Positions 17,643-27,488 of a DNA stretch of 64,000 nt are shown one piece after another (positions within the stretch are counted from its first letter, which is position 1; each line of letters begins with the position of its first letter). The notes beneath the pieces were generated by a model, which was given only the letters and a program-made list of their open reading frames with translations, was not told the origin of the DNA and searched no databases. The DNA comes from a virus, in IMG/VR virus record IMGVR_UViG_3300028591_000123, positions 1 through 64,000 of that record, one strand, 5' to 3'. The position numbers and the translations under genes were made by a program.

Positions 17643-19673
17643 ATGCAAGTAGTAAATAAATATAGTGAAATTTCAGAATATAAACCAAAACGTATTGTGC
17701 AAAAAATCATGTTAGAAATCCCCGACTTTGACAAGGCTGAAGCGGAGAAAATTCAAAACAATATCACATACTTATTGAAGAATCAATATGGCCCAGATGA
17801 TGTTGTCTCAACATCCGTAATTCGATCCCTAATTACACAACAATTAATACACAAAGGTTATATCGAAGAAGAAAAGAAGACAAGAAAACTCGGAATGTCC
17901 GTTTCAGACTTTGAAGATTTACTTGAAAATGGGAATAGGGATAACGCCAATATCTTCTATTCTCCTGAAATGATAACCAAATATGCGGCCGATAGATCAA
18001 TGAAAGAATATGCTTTATTAAGTATGCCGAAAATTTGTTCCGAAGCTTATGAACAAGGATATATACACTTACATGACTTAGAATATTGGAACACTCGCCC
18101 AAATTGTGCTAACTGGTCAATTCCTTTTATTGCCCGTAATGGTATGAAATTTGATGATAATGGTGAATATGGAAGCACAACAAACCCCGCCAAAAGTTTG
18201 GAAGTCTTATTAAATCATATGCTGGAGTTCATGATGGCGGGAGCATTATTCCTTAGTGGTGGCCAGTCATTCAGCAGCTTCAATGTTTATCTGGCCCCTT
18301 ATGCGAAGGGCAGAACCTATAAGGAAATCAAACAAGCAATGCAGAACTATTGGTTCAACAGCAATTGCGCTTTAATAGCAAGGGGCGGCCAAACAATCTT
18401 CAGTAGTGTCAATCTTGAATTTGGTGTTCCTGAATTTTTAAAAAACGAACCCGCCGTAGCTCCAGGAGGAGTAATTCAAGGTGTTTACGGAGATTACGAA
18501 GAAGAAGCTCATCTAATATTCAGAGCTATAATAGAAGTCTTAAAAGAAAAAGATGCCAATGGAAGATACCACACATTCCCGAATAACATTTTCATGATTA
18601 GAGAAGGAACTCTCGACGAATACAATGAAGAAGTTAAAATGGTTCATGAGTTATTAGCTGAAAATCCGACTATCTATTTCTCTAATGTAAACGATAAATA
18701 TACAGAGAACGCTGTGACAATGGGCTGCAGAACACGTATGCCTCAGACATTCACCGGTGATTATGCAAAAGATTGTCTGAATGTTGGAAATTTCCATTAC
18801 ACAACAATCAATCTTCCATTAATAGCATTAGAGAGCAGCAATCTTGAAGAGTTTTATGAAAAATTAGGATATTATATGGATGTAAGCAAAACAGCCTTAA
18901 TGGATAGAAAAGCAAATATTGAAGACATATTATACACTAAACACATGTCAGACTTCCTTCTTCAGAAAGATAAGATCACAGGTGAACAATTATATGATAT
19001 CGAAAGATGTTCATTCAGCATAGGCTTATGTGGTTTAAATGAATGTGTTCTTGAATTATCAGGAGAAGACATTATTGATGGTGTGGATCTTGGAGAAGAT
19101 ATTGTTAAATATATGACTAATAGATTAAATGAATATAAAGAGGCTGATGGTTTAAGATGGAGTTTATTCTTTAGTCCGGCCGAATCAACAGCTCATAGAT
19201 TTGCCGAAATCAATATGAAAAAACATCCTGATACAGCATGCGTCCAGGGCGTTAAGGGCAGTTACTATTTAACAAACAGCAGCCACATCGATGTCAACAG
19301 CGAAGCTGATCTGGTTGAACATATTAAGAATGCTGATGTATTTCATAAGTATGCGGTTGCAGGAAACATCTGCCATTTATGGCTGGGTGAGGCATATCCT
19401 GATCCTGAGGCTCTCTACTCTTTGAATAAAAAAATAGCTAAAACAAATATTAAATTCTGGGCGTTCACCAATGATTACACATACTGCAGGAATTGTCATA
19501 CAACAATTCAATTAAATCTCCTGGGAGAAACCTGTCCAAGATGTGGCAGCGATGACCTGTTGGTTATGTCCCGTATTACTGGTTATTATCAACCTGTAGC
19601 ATCTAAGAATGGAGGAGGTTTCAACAATGGTAAACTACAGGAATTCAAAGATAGATATAGGCATAAATTATAA
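17643..19673 (+). CDS. nrdD: anaerobic (class III) ribonucleoside-triphosphate reductase with N-terminal ATP-cone-like region
   Basis: IHLHDL, PNC, TMGCRT, PAESTAHRF, CRNC/CPRC Zn site and glycyl-radical loop RITGYY. Confidence 0.95.
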   Translation: MQVVNKYSEISEYKPKRIVQKIMLEIPDFDKAEAEKIQNNITYLLKNQYGPDDVVSTSVIRSLITQQLIHKGYIEEEKKTRKLGMSVSDFEDLLENGNRDNANIFYSPEMITKYAADRSMKEYALLSMPKICSEAYEQGYIHLHDLEYWNTRPNCANWSIPFIARNGMKFDDNGEYGSTTNPAKSLEVLLNHMLEFMMAGALFLSGGQSFSSFNVYLAPYAKGRTYKEIKQAMQNYWFNSNCALIARGGQTIFSSVNLEFGVPEFLKNEPAVAPGGVIQGVYGDYEEEAHLIFRAIIEVLKEKDANGRYHTFPNNIFMIREGTLDEYNEEVKMVHELLAENPTIYFSNVNDKYTENAVTMGCRTRMPQTFTGDYAKDCLNVGNFHYTTINLPLIALESSNLEEFYEKLGYYMDVSKTALMDRKANIEDILYTKHMSDFLLQKDKITGEQLYDIERCSFSIGLCGLNECVLELSGEDIIDGVDLGEDIVKYMTNRLNEYKEADGLRWSLFFSPAESTAHRFAEINMKKHPDTACVQGVKGSYYLTNSSHIDVNSEADLVEHIKNADVFHKYAVAGNICHLWLGEAYPDPEALYSLNKKIAKTNIKFWAFTNDYTYCRNCHTTIQLNLLGETCPRCGSDDLLVMSRITGYYQPVASKNGGGFNNGKLQEFKDRYRHKL

Positions 19674-19679
19674 AAAAAG

Positions 19680-19705
19680 AATAATATGATGTACATCATA
19701 TTATT
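19680..19705. terminator. 26-bp perfect palindrome at the convergence of the two gene blocks (bidirectional terminator or protein-binding site)
   Basis: AATAATATGATGT|ACATCATATTATT, next to an A-tract at 19672-19678 (T-tract on - strand). Confidence 0.5.
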
Positions 19706-19752
19706 ATAAAATTATTTTTAATAATATATTATTAATTATATTGAATCTATGA

Positions 19753-19914
19753 TTAATAATATTCATCTTTTTCTTTTTCAATATATTTTAATGGAGTGAT
19801 GCATTCATTAAATTTAACATTTAATTCGCATCTTTCATCCCCATCCAATACGCAATCAACACATTGCTTTGCATATATAAGGATGAACTCATTATCTTTA
19901 CTGCTTCTTTTCAT
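19753..19914 (-). CDS. small hypothetical protein (53 aa, not in ORF track)
   Basis: Hand translation MKRSSKDNEFILIYAKQCVDCVLDGDERCELNVKFNECITPLKYIEKEKDEYY. Confidence 0.55.
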   Translation of the reverse strand: MKRSSKDNEFILIYAKQCVDCVLDGDERCELNVKFNECITPLKYIEKEKDEYY

Positions 19915-19919
19915 AATTA

Positions 19920-20216
19920 TCAATGAAACATATTGTCTTGTTCTTCTTCTTTTTGCTCAAATAATATATCATTTAAATAACACATTTCAATGGATGATAT
20001 GCATTCCTTATTCAGAATGCATATTTTTTCCATTCCATCTGTTGTGGTGGATACAATATTTAGATAATTATCTGTTTCATAAACAATAAAGGATAGTGGG
20101 TAGATTTCTCCTGTTTTTAAAAATATATTTACAGGGATTTCTTCAATATCTTTACATTTATCTAATTGTTGTTTAACAGCATATAATAAATTATCTGATA
20201 ATGTATCGTGAATAAT
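19920..20216 (-). CDS. 98-aa protein with probable non-canonical ATT start (not in ORF track)
   Basis: Open frame IIHDTLSDNLL...VNIFLKTGEIYPLSFIVYETDNYLNIV...KICILNKECISSIEMCYL...FH fills the gap exactly; GGAGAG lies just upstream. Confidence 0.55.
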   Translation of the reverse strand: MIHDTLSDNLLYAVKQQLDKCKDIEEIPVNIFLKTGEIYPLSFIVYETDNYLNIVSTTTDGMEKICILNKECISSIEMCYLNDILFEQKEEEQDNMFH

Positions 20217-20221
20217 TTATA

Positions 20222-20494
20222 TTACTCTCCTAAAAGTCTTAAGATTTTATCTAATTTCGCATCTTGCTCATTCAATCTTTCTTCGATATTCTCTTGAATA
20301 TCGTCCAGATTTGTTTGCGATTCAAGATTTGTTTGAACAATATCCTTTATCTCACTTATTTCAGGTGAGATAGTAGATATTGAAGCTGATTCTTTTTTCA
20401 ACACTTTGATTTGTTGTTTCATTTCTTGTCTGGCTCTGATGTTCTTGACCTGACTATCGGTCTGAGCTTCAATTTCTATCCCCATATTGATCAC
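20222..20494 (-). CDS. small coiled-coil protein
   Basis: AGGTGAT RBS-like sequence at the start; heptad pattern. Confidence 0.65.
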   Translation of the reverse strand: MINMGIEIEAQTDSQVKNIRARQEMKQQIKVLKKESASISTISPEISEIKDIVQTNLESQTNLDDIQENIEERLNEQDAKLDKILRLLGE

Positions 20495-23400
20495 CTATAT
20501 TCTATTACCGCTCCAAATTTGCGGATGCTTGGTTTGTTTGTACTATTTGCGACACTACTGCTTAATGGTTTTGAATATAATTTCAACCTTACATTTGGAT
20601 GGAATAACGGTATATGTTCGGCTTCATGAAGAACAATGTCATCAATGAATATTGTTAATACACTTTTTCCACCTAATCCCAGCCGTCTCTCATTTTCAAA
20701 GTTAGCATTCATTATCTTTTCCATGAATGGTTTGAATTTTTCGGTTGTTGATATGCTGATTGAATTTATCGTTTCATCATCATTGATTTTCTTAAAGATT
20801 TGAGAGAATTTAGGTTCAGGCTTGTTTGTTTCTTTTTCATCTTCTAATTCGATTATGTCTTCATAGAATGTGACTTTGATGGCTATAGCTTCAGTTAATC
20901 CTTCATATTGAGATTTCACACTTCCTTGGTATGTGAAGTCTATATGTTTATTTATTTTATTTTCAATTGAGTCACCTCTATATGATGAGAAGAGATAACT
21001 CCATAACGCATCATCTTCATCATTATATTCTAATCTTTCAACATTATATAATTTATTTTTCACATAATCATCGAATTCGCTTTTGGATCTTGTTCTCTCC
21101 AAGATTGTGTTTGTCGCATCATCCTTGTTATTGTCATTCGCAAGAACCCAATCTTTTGTGAATAATTCCTTATCTACAATTTTTGTGGTTTTTGTTTTAT
21201 CTCCATCCTTGACAACAAAGTCTGTAAATAATTCATCAATTGTTATTTTATCCTGAGCCCTAGGTTGATATTTTTTAGTACAGAATGTTATGTCACTAAC
21301 TTTATGGTTTCTGAATGTGAAACTTGTTCCCTCTGAATATGACATGTTTTCTGAATACTTCAATATATCATAACTAATGGTTATGGTTTCTTTATGTGTC
21401 TTCTTTGTAGTTGTTTTTGTATAAGAACTCTTTGAACTATTTGATCCACTTGAACTGCTTGATCCACTTGAGCCTTCTTTTGGATTGCCGTCCTTTGGAT
21501 TACCATCCTTTGGATTACCGTCTTTTGGATTGGTTTCTTCTTTTGATTTGGATTTCTCCTGCTTTGTATATTGGACAATTGTTTCCTGATATGTTTTTTC
21601 GATTACATATCCATTTCCCTTATTTGAAACTGATATATTCATATCTCCATTCGTAGAACTATTGCCTTTATCCTCGTCAACAGTTTCACTTGAACTTGAA
21701 GTCTCAGAAACATTACTTGACTTCTTGATTTTCTTAACAATCACAAACTCAGTTGGAGTCTTGCTTTGTTTGACAACATATTTACGAGGATACAAACTAT
21801 TATCATTTGTAGCGATTAAATCAAAGTTTGCATTTGTATCAATCGCTTTTCCAATCGGACTTAATCCATATACTTTAAAAGCATCAAATGCGGTTTGCAA
21901 GTCCATGAAATCATCTACGCCTCTATCATTTAAGAATTTAGCGAGGAAACCATCAATCGCATTCATAAGAACCTTAGTTGAACTTATGCTTGCAACCTGG
22001 CCACTTGAGGATGTTGTACTTGATGCGGATCCGGTATCATATCCCACGACAGCATCATTGATTTTTATAGCGGTCAATTTATTATTAGTATAATATGTTA
22101 TCAATTTTTTCGTATCTGTTACATTTTGCTCCAAGTTTTCAATAATATTTGTCACTTCTTTTACTGTTTCCGTTGGAGCTTTAGCAGCTGATTCGCTCTC
22201 TTCTGTATCATATGATATCAGGTTTTGCACATATTGAGAGTTTTGCACAAGATCGGTCCAGACAAAGTTGGATATTCCTGTTCCTCTATATTCTTTTGTC
22301 GCTTCATAGAATATATAATTCAAGGTTGGAACATTCAAGGATAATGATTCTATAGGTTTTCTACCATATAAATCTGAACAGAAATTAATCTTCAATGCGT
22401 TCTTTGGAATGTAGTTATCCGCAATCATTTGTATTGCAAAATGATTGAAATCTGTGGTAATTGAATTGTTGGTCCAATAACATAAAATTTCACCATCGTC
22501 CGCTAAATTAGCTGGATAAATATTTAATCTGAATATCTTGTTTCCATCACTTAAATATGTGTTGTTCATTAGATATTTTCCATCTGGACGATTGGATTCA
22601 CTTTGATATGGGATAAAGGATCCGCTTCCATCAAAGATTGTATTAAACCCTTCGGCAACGCTTTTGATTTGTTTGATTACTAAATTCCAATTGTTCCCGC
22701 TTAATGTTAATCCATCTGCTGGGGATTCCCAATCTGCGTTAATCAGAACCGCATCATATAAATCAGCTGGATAAATATAATATGTTTTATTATCATATGT
22801 GACATTTGTTAATATTATATCTCTATTGTTTGTTGAACTGTTTGGATTGTATGATGTGATTAGTTTTGGATTGGTTGAATCATTATTCGCATCATTATTA
22901 TTATGATAAGGAATATATCTATCTTGATTGTTATCTCTGAACTTGTAATATTTGTCTTCGCCAAATACTTCCGGTGAGTTGAAATATGTATAGTTTGTTG
23001 CGATATATATTCTTACATCTTGTTTGACTTCGTTTTCATATAATCCCGCATCAACATATTTGAAGTGTGTAACGTTTTGAGATACTAAATATACGATTTT
23101 GTTATTATATGAGTTTGGTGTGTAACCTACCCCAGGGGTATCTGATGTATCACTTTTTCTTACAAAGTCGTTATCGCCTACTTGGACCAAAGGAGGTTCT
23201 TTCATTAATGAAGATGTATATGCGTAATAGGTCATTTCAGAATTGTTTAAATCTTGAACCTTTACTAATGAATTTGTTTCATCTGTTTTGGTTGCTCCTG
23301 AAATATTGAATTCGATTCCATCTCCCACTAATGTTATTAATCCTATTTCTTTAATGTTTTGGAAATTTTCATTATATTTGTCAATAGGGATTAATACTTG

Positions 23401-25614
23401 GTTATTTGCGGTTAAAGGTGGAAGTCTAAACAATGTGTAGGAATTTACATTATGGTATTGTTGTTTCTTGTAAACGCCATCCCCGTTGAGTTTGTATTCA
23501 TAATACGCATAACCTGTCGCACCAGTATAACTGTCCTGATATGATTCCTTGAACACTTTTCCGACCCATGATTCTATAATGTTCTCAATATCATCATTAG
23601 GATCTATCACTTCAGGAAGGGTTGTTGTTGACAGTTCAACATCATCATTTAAGGTAGGCGCTTCTTCTTCAATATTCTGACTGATATATAATCCCAAACC
23701 AGATATTGTTGAGCTTTTTGAACTTCCGTTTAATGCATATGATAATTTTAACGCACTATAATTGCTTAAGTCAATACGATTTGTATTAGTAAATTTCAAA
23801 AGGATTTCATTCTCATTTGAAGTATAGTTAGCCGGAATATTCAGGGCTTTCATATTCGTTGAAGTAACATTTCCATCATCATCAACATTATCTACTGATT
23901 CATTTCCATATGTGAATGTTGTACCATCAGCCGTGGCTTGTGATTCAACAATGAATGTGATATCATCGTTATTATATAGAACTATGTTGTCATCATTGTA
24001 TGACTGATCGGTATCTATTTTGAAACGCAGATTATGCTCATCATATTCAAGATCAGGGTCATAATTTGAATAATCAACACTATCCCGTGTGAAGTCATCA
24101 AGTGTTAGGTCGGCGTAATGCAATGTATACATATCCACTTCTGTATACCTGTTTCCATTCTTGGTATATGTTCTTGGTCTTACAGCTCTGGAGTTTATTG
24201 TATCAACCCATTTATATCCTCCATTAACTGATTTCATCACGCTTCTCACATCTGATGCCTGAATATCACAAATCAATTTATGAGAATCACTATCTCTTGC
24301 CCATAAACGCAGCCATTCGTAATTGGAGAATCTTGATGATCCATCAAAGAAATCATCATTTATGTATTTATTCAATATGTCTCCAGGATATAACGTTTGT
24401 GTTGTGATGACTTCATTGAACTCATCTTCCAATTTATTGAAATCCCCGGATATGTGTGGCGCTTGTTTTGTAACAGTAAAATTAATCGCATACTTTTGAT
24501 TACTGTTGTATTTGATTTTTGGAGTGCCTTCTCCATTGGATGTTAAGTCTATTCTCCATTTGAAAGTGTTTTGACCACCAACAATATTCACGGCCGTGTT
24601 TTCATTTGGAAGCTTGACCCATCCATTACCGGCATTGACAGAGACGGCATAACCACATCCATCATCAGTTGTCGCATTAATATCATATGATACTGATGCG
24701 ATAGGTTCTTCTGTATTGTCATTCCAGACAACCTCTCCTGATTCAATGAATCCGCTTCTTGCATATTCCGTTTTTGTGACTTCGGTTTGTTTTGTTGATG
24801 TCGAACCTGTTAAATGTATTGGATCATACCAAACCTCGAAATACCTGTCTTTTAGTAGGAAATGTGATGCATCGGCGCTTCCATAGTATCTGATCAAGAA
24901 GTCTCTGGTGCCTTGTGGTTTATATGTGTATATGTATACAGAACCTTTTCCTGATTTTGGCACAGGTAGAACCAGTACGATATATTGTGCTTTATCTAAA
25001 TACAGACTCTTTCCAGCGGCTTTTAAATCAATTGTAATCGGTTCGCTTAAAGTTTGTATATTATCTTTTACTTTGGCATGTTTCAATGAGTATTTTTTTG
25101 TTCTGAGTTTTCTTTCTTTTAACGGATATACGGTATTCTTTTTATTATTTGAAGTTTGTCTTTCCCAGATTTCAAATATGACATGGGAACAGTTTTTAAA
25201 TCTTACAACAGGAACAGTTAATTTATGCAGAGTGAATGGTTTTGAAACATAAAAAGTCATAGCTGGGTATTCGCTGGACCAAGCGTTTCTACCAACCTTG
25301 TCTTTATCAACTGTGAATTTTCTTGTAATCTTATCATCTTTGTCGATTGTTCCTTTATGTCTGTTTGCCTTATAATCATCCCATATATTCAATGTCTTAT
25401 CTGCTTCCGTTTTGGTAACACCTGTGGAATATTTGATATTGCTTGTTGATTTTTTATCTTTTGTTGATTTAACAGTTTTTGTTGATAATTGAACGATTCC
25501 GTTTGTTGTATCAATACTAACATTATTATGATTCGCAATGACTTTTCCCAGGGCTTCACCAGTTTTGTTGTTTGTTGTTTGAGAGCCCTTGAAAGTAGCT
25601 GGGATGTTTATCAC
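20491..25614 (-). CDS. giant virion structural/adhesin-like protein, C-terminal part of a probably frameshifted gene (frame open to 25827)
   Basis: 1707-aa beta-rich ORF; GTG 25614 has no RBS and the frame continues upstream into the end of 25761..26948. Confidence 0.75.
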   Translation of the reverse strand: MINIPATFKGSQTTNNKTGEALGKVIANHNNVSIDTTNGIVQLSTKTVKSTKDKKSTSNIKYSTGVTKTEADKTLNIWDDYKANRHKGTIDKDDKITRKFTVDKDKVGRNAWSSEYPAMTFYVSKPFTLHKLTVPVVRFKNCSHVIFEIWERQTSNNKKNTVYPLKERKLRTKKYSLKHAKVKDNIQTLSEPITIDLKAAGKSLYLDKAQYIVLVLPVPKSGKGSVYIYTYKPQGTRDFLIRYYGSADASHFLLKDRYFEVWYDPIHLTGSTSTKQTEVTKTEYARSGFIESGEVVWNDNTEEPIASVSYDINATTDDGCGYAVSVNAGNGWVKLPNENTAVNIVGGQNTFKWRIDLTSNGEGTPKIKYNSNQKYAINFTVTKQAPHISGDFNKLEDEFNEVITTQTLYPGDILNKYINDDFFDGSSRFSNYEWLRLWARDSDSHKLICDIQASDVRSVMKSVNGGYKWVDTINSRAVRPRTYTKNGNRYTEVDMYTLHYADLTLDDFTRDSVDYSNYDPDLEYDEHNLRFKIDTDQSYNDDNIVLYNNDDITFIVESQATADGTTFTYGNESVDNVDDDGNVTSTNMKALNIPANYTSNENEILLKFTNTNRIDLSNYSALKLSYALNGSSKSSTISGLGLYISQNIEEEAPTLNDDVELSTTTLPEVIDPNDDIENIIESWVGKVFKESYQDSYTGATGYAYYEYKLNGDGVYKKQQYHNVNSYTLFRLPPLTANNQVLIPIDKYNENFQNIKEIGLITLVGDGIEFNISGATKTDETNSLVKVQDLNNSEMTYYAYTSSLMKEPPLVQVGDNDFVRKSDTSDTPGVGYTPNSYNNKIVYLVSQNVTHFKYVDAGLYENEVKQDVRIYIATNYTYFNSPEVFGEDKYYKFRDNNQDRYIPYHNNNDANNDSTNPKLITSYNPNSSTNNRDIILTNVTYDNKTYYIYPADLYDAVLINADWESPADGLTLSGNNWNLVIKQIKSVAEGFNTIFDGSGSFIPYQSESNRPDGKYLMNNTYLSDGNKIFRLNIYPANLADDGEILCYWTNNSITTDFNHFAIQMIADNYIPKNALKINFCSDLYGRKPIESLSLNVPTLNYIFYEATKEYRGTGISNFVWTDLVQNSQYVQNLISYDTEESESAAKAPTETVKEVTNIIENLEQNVTDTKKLITYYTNNKLTAIKINDAVVGYDTGSASSTTSSSGQVASISSTKVLMNAIDGFLAKFLNDRGVDDFMDLQTAFDAFKVYGLSPIGKAIDTNANFDLIATNDNSLYPRKYVVKQSKTPTEFVIVKKIKKSSNVSETSSSSETVDEDKGNSSTNGDMNISVSNKGNGYVIEKTYQETIVQYTKQEKSKSKEETNPKDGNPKDGNPKDGNPKEGSSGSSSSSGSNSSKSSYTKTTTKKTHKETITISYDILKYSENMSYSEGTSFTFRNHKVSDITFCTKKYQPRAQDKITIDELFTDFVVKDGDKTKTTKIVDKELFTKDWVLANDNNKDDATNTILERTRSKSEFDDYVKNKLYNVERLEYNDEDDALWSYLFSSYRGDSIENKINKHIDFTYQGSVKSQYEGLTEAIAIKVTFYEDIIELEDEKETNKPEPKFSQIFKKINDDETINSISISTTEKFKPFMEKIMNANFENERRLGLGGKSVLTIFIDDIVLHEAEHIPLFHPNVRLKLYSKPLSSSVANSTNKPSIRKFGAVIEYR
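21433..21531 (-). repeat. in-frame tandem repeats: ~3.5 x 15 bp (KDGNP) at 21479-21531 and 2 x 18 bp (SGSSSS/SGSNSS) at 21433-21468
   Basis: TTTGGATT(G/A)CC(G/A)TC(C/T) units; TGAACT(AT/GC)TTGATCCACT units. Confidence 0.85.
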
Positions 25615-25760
25615 AGTTGCTTGTGTTGATTTGATAACAGGGTTTCCAAATTCGTCCGTAGTCAGGAATGTGTTGTTTGGTTCAATAACGCTATCTTCAA
25701 TCTTCCATAAATCATCCCCTGATGTAACTGATACATCTTTGAGGTTATCGGTGATGATAT

Positions 25761-26948
25761 CTAATCCTGAAGAACATACTTCATTCGTGGTGGGATTGTG
25801 ATATCTCTTTGATATTTCATCTCTTTCTCAAGTCTGCGCAGTCTTTCATGATGAGACCTCATCCTTGTTATTAAGTTGGTGTCATCCTGCTCTATCTTTG
25901 GAGATTTGACATCGTTCATGTATGTTGTTATTATACCAATCAATAACTGGTTTGGCATAACATCCATTGGAATTTCAACATCATCAATGTTTGTATATGC
26001 AGGAGAAGTATATCCATTCAGAAAGCCGTCCTTATCCATTGTGACATATGTTTTTGTGTCTCCATATGTGCTTGCTCCATCTATACTGATATGAGTATCA
26101 TTTAATTGAACAAGATCTCCATCTATTACGGCTTCTCCAAATTCACATAAATAAGTTGGATTGTTTGCATATATATCCTTGAACATCAAGCTATATATGG
26201 TATCCTGATATTCTGAATCAGGTGTTCCGATTCCTTTTGTAGCGAGTTTCCCATAAGGATATCCTCCAGATTTATCAACTTCCACAGCGAACAGATTATC
26301 ATCTAATGATAACCCCAAAGCGTTTATCACAAGATATATGCTTGGTGTTCCAGTACTATTGCCCTTTATTCCGAGAGCTTCATCTATCGGTTGATTATCA
26401 ATATAGAAATCATCCGTATTGGGCTGTAAGTGCATGTCTCCTAATACTTCTATCTGCTCAGGATCTCTTCCATGAGCCACCGCCAGATGTCCAATATTGA
26501 ATATTACTTCATACCATTCCCCATTTGGGGTTTCTTTTGATATTGTTATCTTTTTACGAGAATCGGGAATTGTTCTTCCATCAGCTCTTTTTAATTCAAG
26601 ATGAACTTCTCTATCTTCAACATCAGCATTTCTAATATTCAGCATGATAGAATAACATGAACTTTTTGTTTTATGTATAGGCTGTTTCAGAGTATGTTTG
26701 TTAAATGAAAGCCATTCGACTTCATTTGTGATGTTCATTGTATCAACATATCTTTTGCCTCTTTTTGTGGCTGGAGTAAGTAGGAATGCATATTCATCGC
26801 TTCCTACAATAAAAGGATCATTTTCCTGAAGTTTGTTCCACATAAGCTTTGACATATCCTCGATATGTGTTTGTATCATATTGACGTCGCTTGATCTTGC
26901 TAAGTGGCCAGGACGTATATCTCCTATCACACGGCTGTAAAAATTCAT
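25761..26948 (-). CDS. virion structural protein, N-terminal part of a probably frameshifted giant gene
   Basis: 395-aa ORF ending RRLEKEMKYQRDITIPPRMKYVLQD; AGGTGAT RBS. Confidence 0.75.
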   Translation of the reverse strand: MNFYSRVIGDIRPGHLARSSDVNMIQTHIEDMSKLMWNKLQENDPFIVGSDEYAFLLTPATKRGKRYVDTMNITNEVEWLSFNKHTLKQPIHKTKSSCYSIMLNIRNADVEDREVHLELKRADGRTIPDSRKKITISKETPNGEWYEVIFNIGHLAVAHGRDPEQIEVLGDMHLQPNTDDFYIDNQPIDEALGIKGNSTGTPSIYLVINALGLSLDDNLFAVEVDKSGGYPYGKLATKGIGTPDSEYQDTIYSLMFKDIYANNPTYLCEFGEAVIDGDLVQLNDTHISIDGASTYGDTKTYVTMDKDGFLNGYTSPAYTNIDDVEIPMDVMPNQLLIGIITTYMNDVKSPKIEQDDTNLITRMRSHHERLRRLEKEMKYQRDITIPPRMKYVLQD

Positions 26949-26957
26949 TTAATCACC

Positions 26958-27395
26958 TTATAATGTAAGATTTATTACAAAAGTTAATGCATTTTGATTA
27001 GATTTTGCATATGGTGTACAGCTGCTTGCTCCAAAATAGATTGTTTCTGTTTCATCTTGGTTTTGTCTATCACAGATTGCGAATTGATTAATCTCAACAG
27101 CATTATCCTCTGATACATTAATATTATCGGTATCAAAAGTGGCTGTGACCTCTATTTGAACCTTGCTGTCGCTGATGGCTGTAATGGTAGTGCTATTACT
27201 TTCCAATGGGGCTCTTGAATAATTATCTTTGTTTTCAATCTCTTCAAAGTTTATCAGTTTACCCGTCTTCGCATCTTGTCCGATAATGTCATTTGAATAT
27301 CCTAAAGCAAGATACCCAAAGATAGCGTCATCTTCAAGAAACATTTTTTTCAAAGCATATTCTTTTCCAGCTCTACAAATACATTGACTAGTCAT
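26958..27395 (-). CDS. putative tail/baseplate-associated protein
   Basis: ATG 27395 after GAGGATGA; beta-rich with VEINQFAICD, like tail-fibre attachment domains; structural context. Confidence 0.55.
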   Translation of the reverse strand: MTSQCICRAGKEYALKKMFLEDDAIFGYLALGYSNDIIGQDAKTGKLINFEEIENKDNYSRAPLESNSTTITAISDSKVQIEVTATFDTDNINVSEDNAVEINQFAICDRQNQDETETIYFGASSCTPYAKSNQNALTFVINLTL

Positions 27396-27486
27396 TTTCA
27401 TCATCCTCGTTGTTGTCTTTTCTTTTTTCAATAACTTCTTTTAATGTAATATCAATTGAACCTATGTTAATGTCTTTTTTATTCAT
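27388..27486 (-). CDS. 32-aa micro-ORF
   Basis: MNKKDINIGSIDITLKEVIEKRKDNNEDDEND fills the gap and overlaps the next start. Confidence 0.4.
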   Translation of the reverse strand: MNKKDINIGSIDITLKEVIEKRKDNNEDDEND

Positions 27487-27488
27487 AT

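Noticed and set aside
15600-17650. TIGR or CRISPR array near the Nop-domain gene
   Set aside because: Flanks are fully coding, and I saw no periodic repeat-spacer pattern here or in the other intergenic gaps; a degenerate array could escape the eye.
25755-25770. TAG readthrough or stop-codon reassignment
   Set aside because: The downstream ORF is in a different frame, so readthrough would not join them; other TAG stops end genes normally and long ORFs are intact under the standard code.
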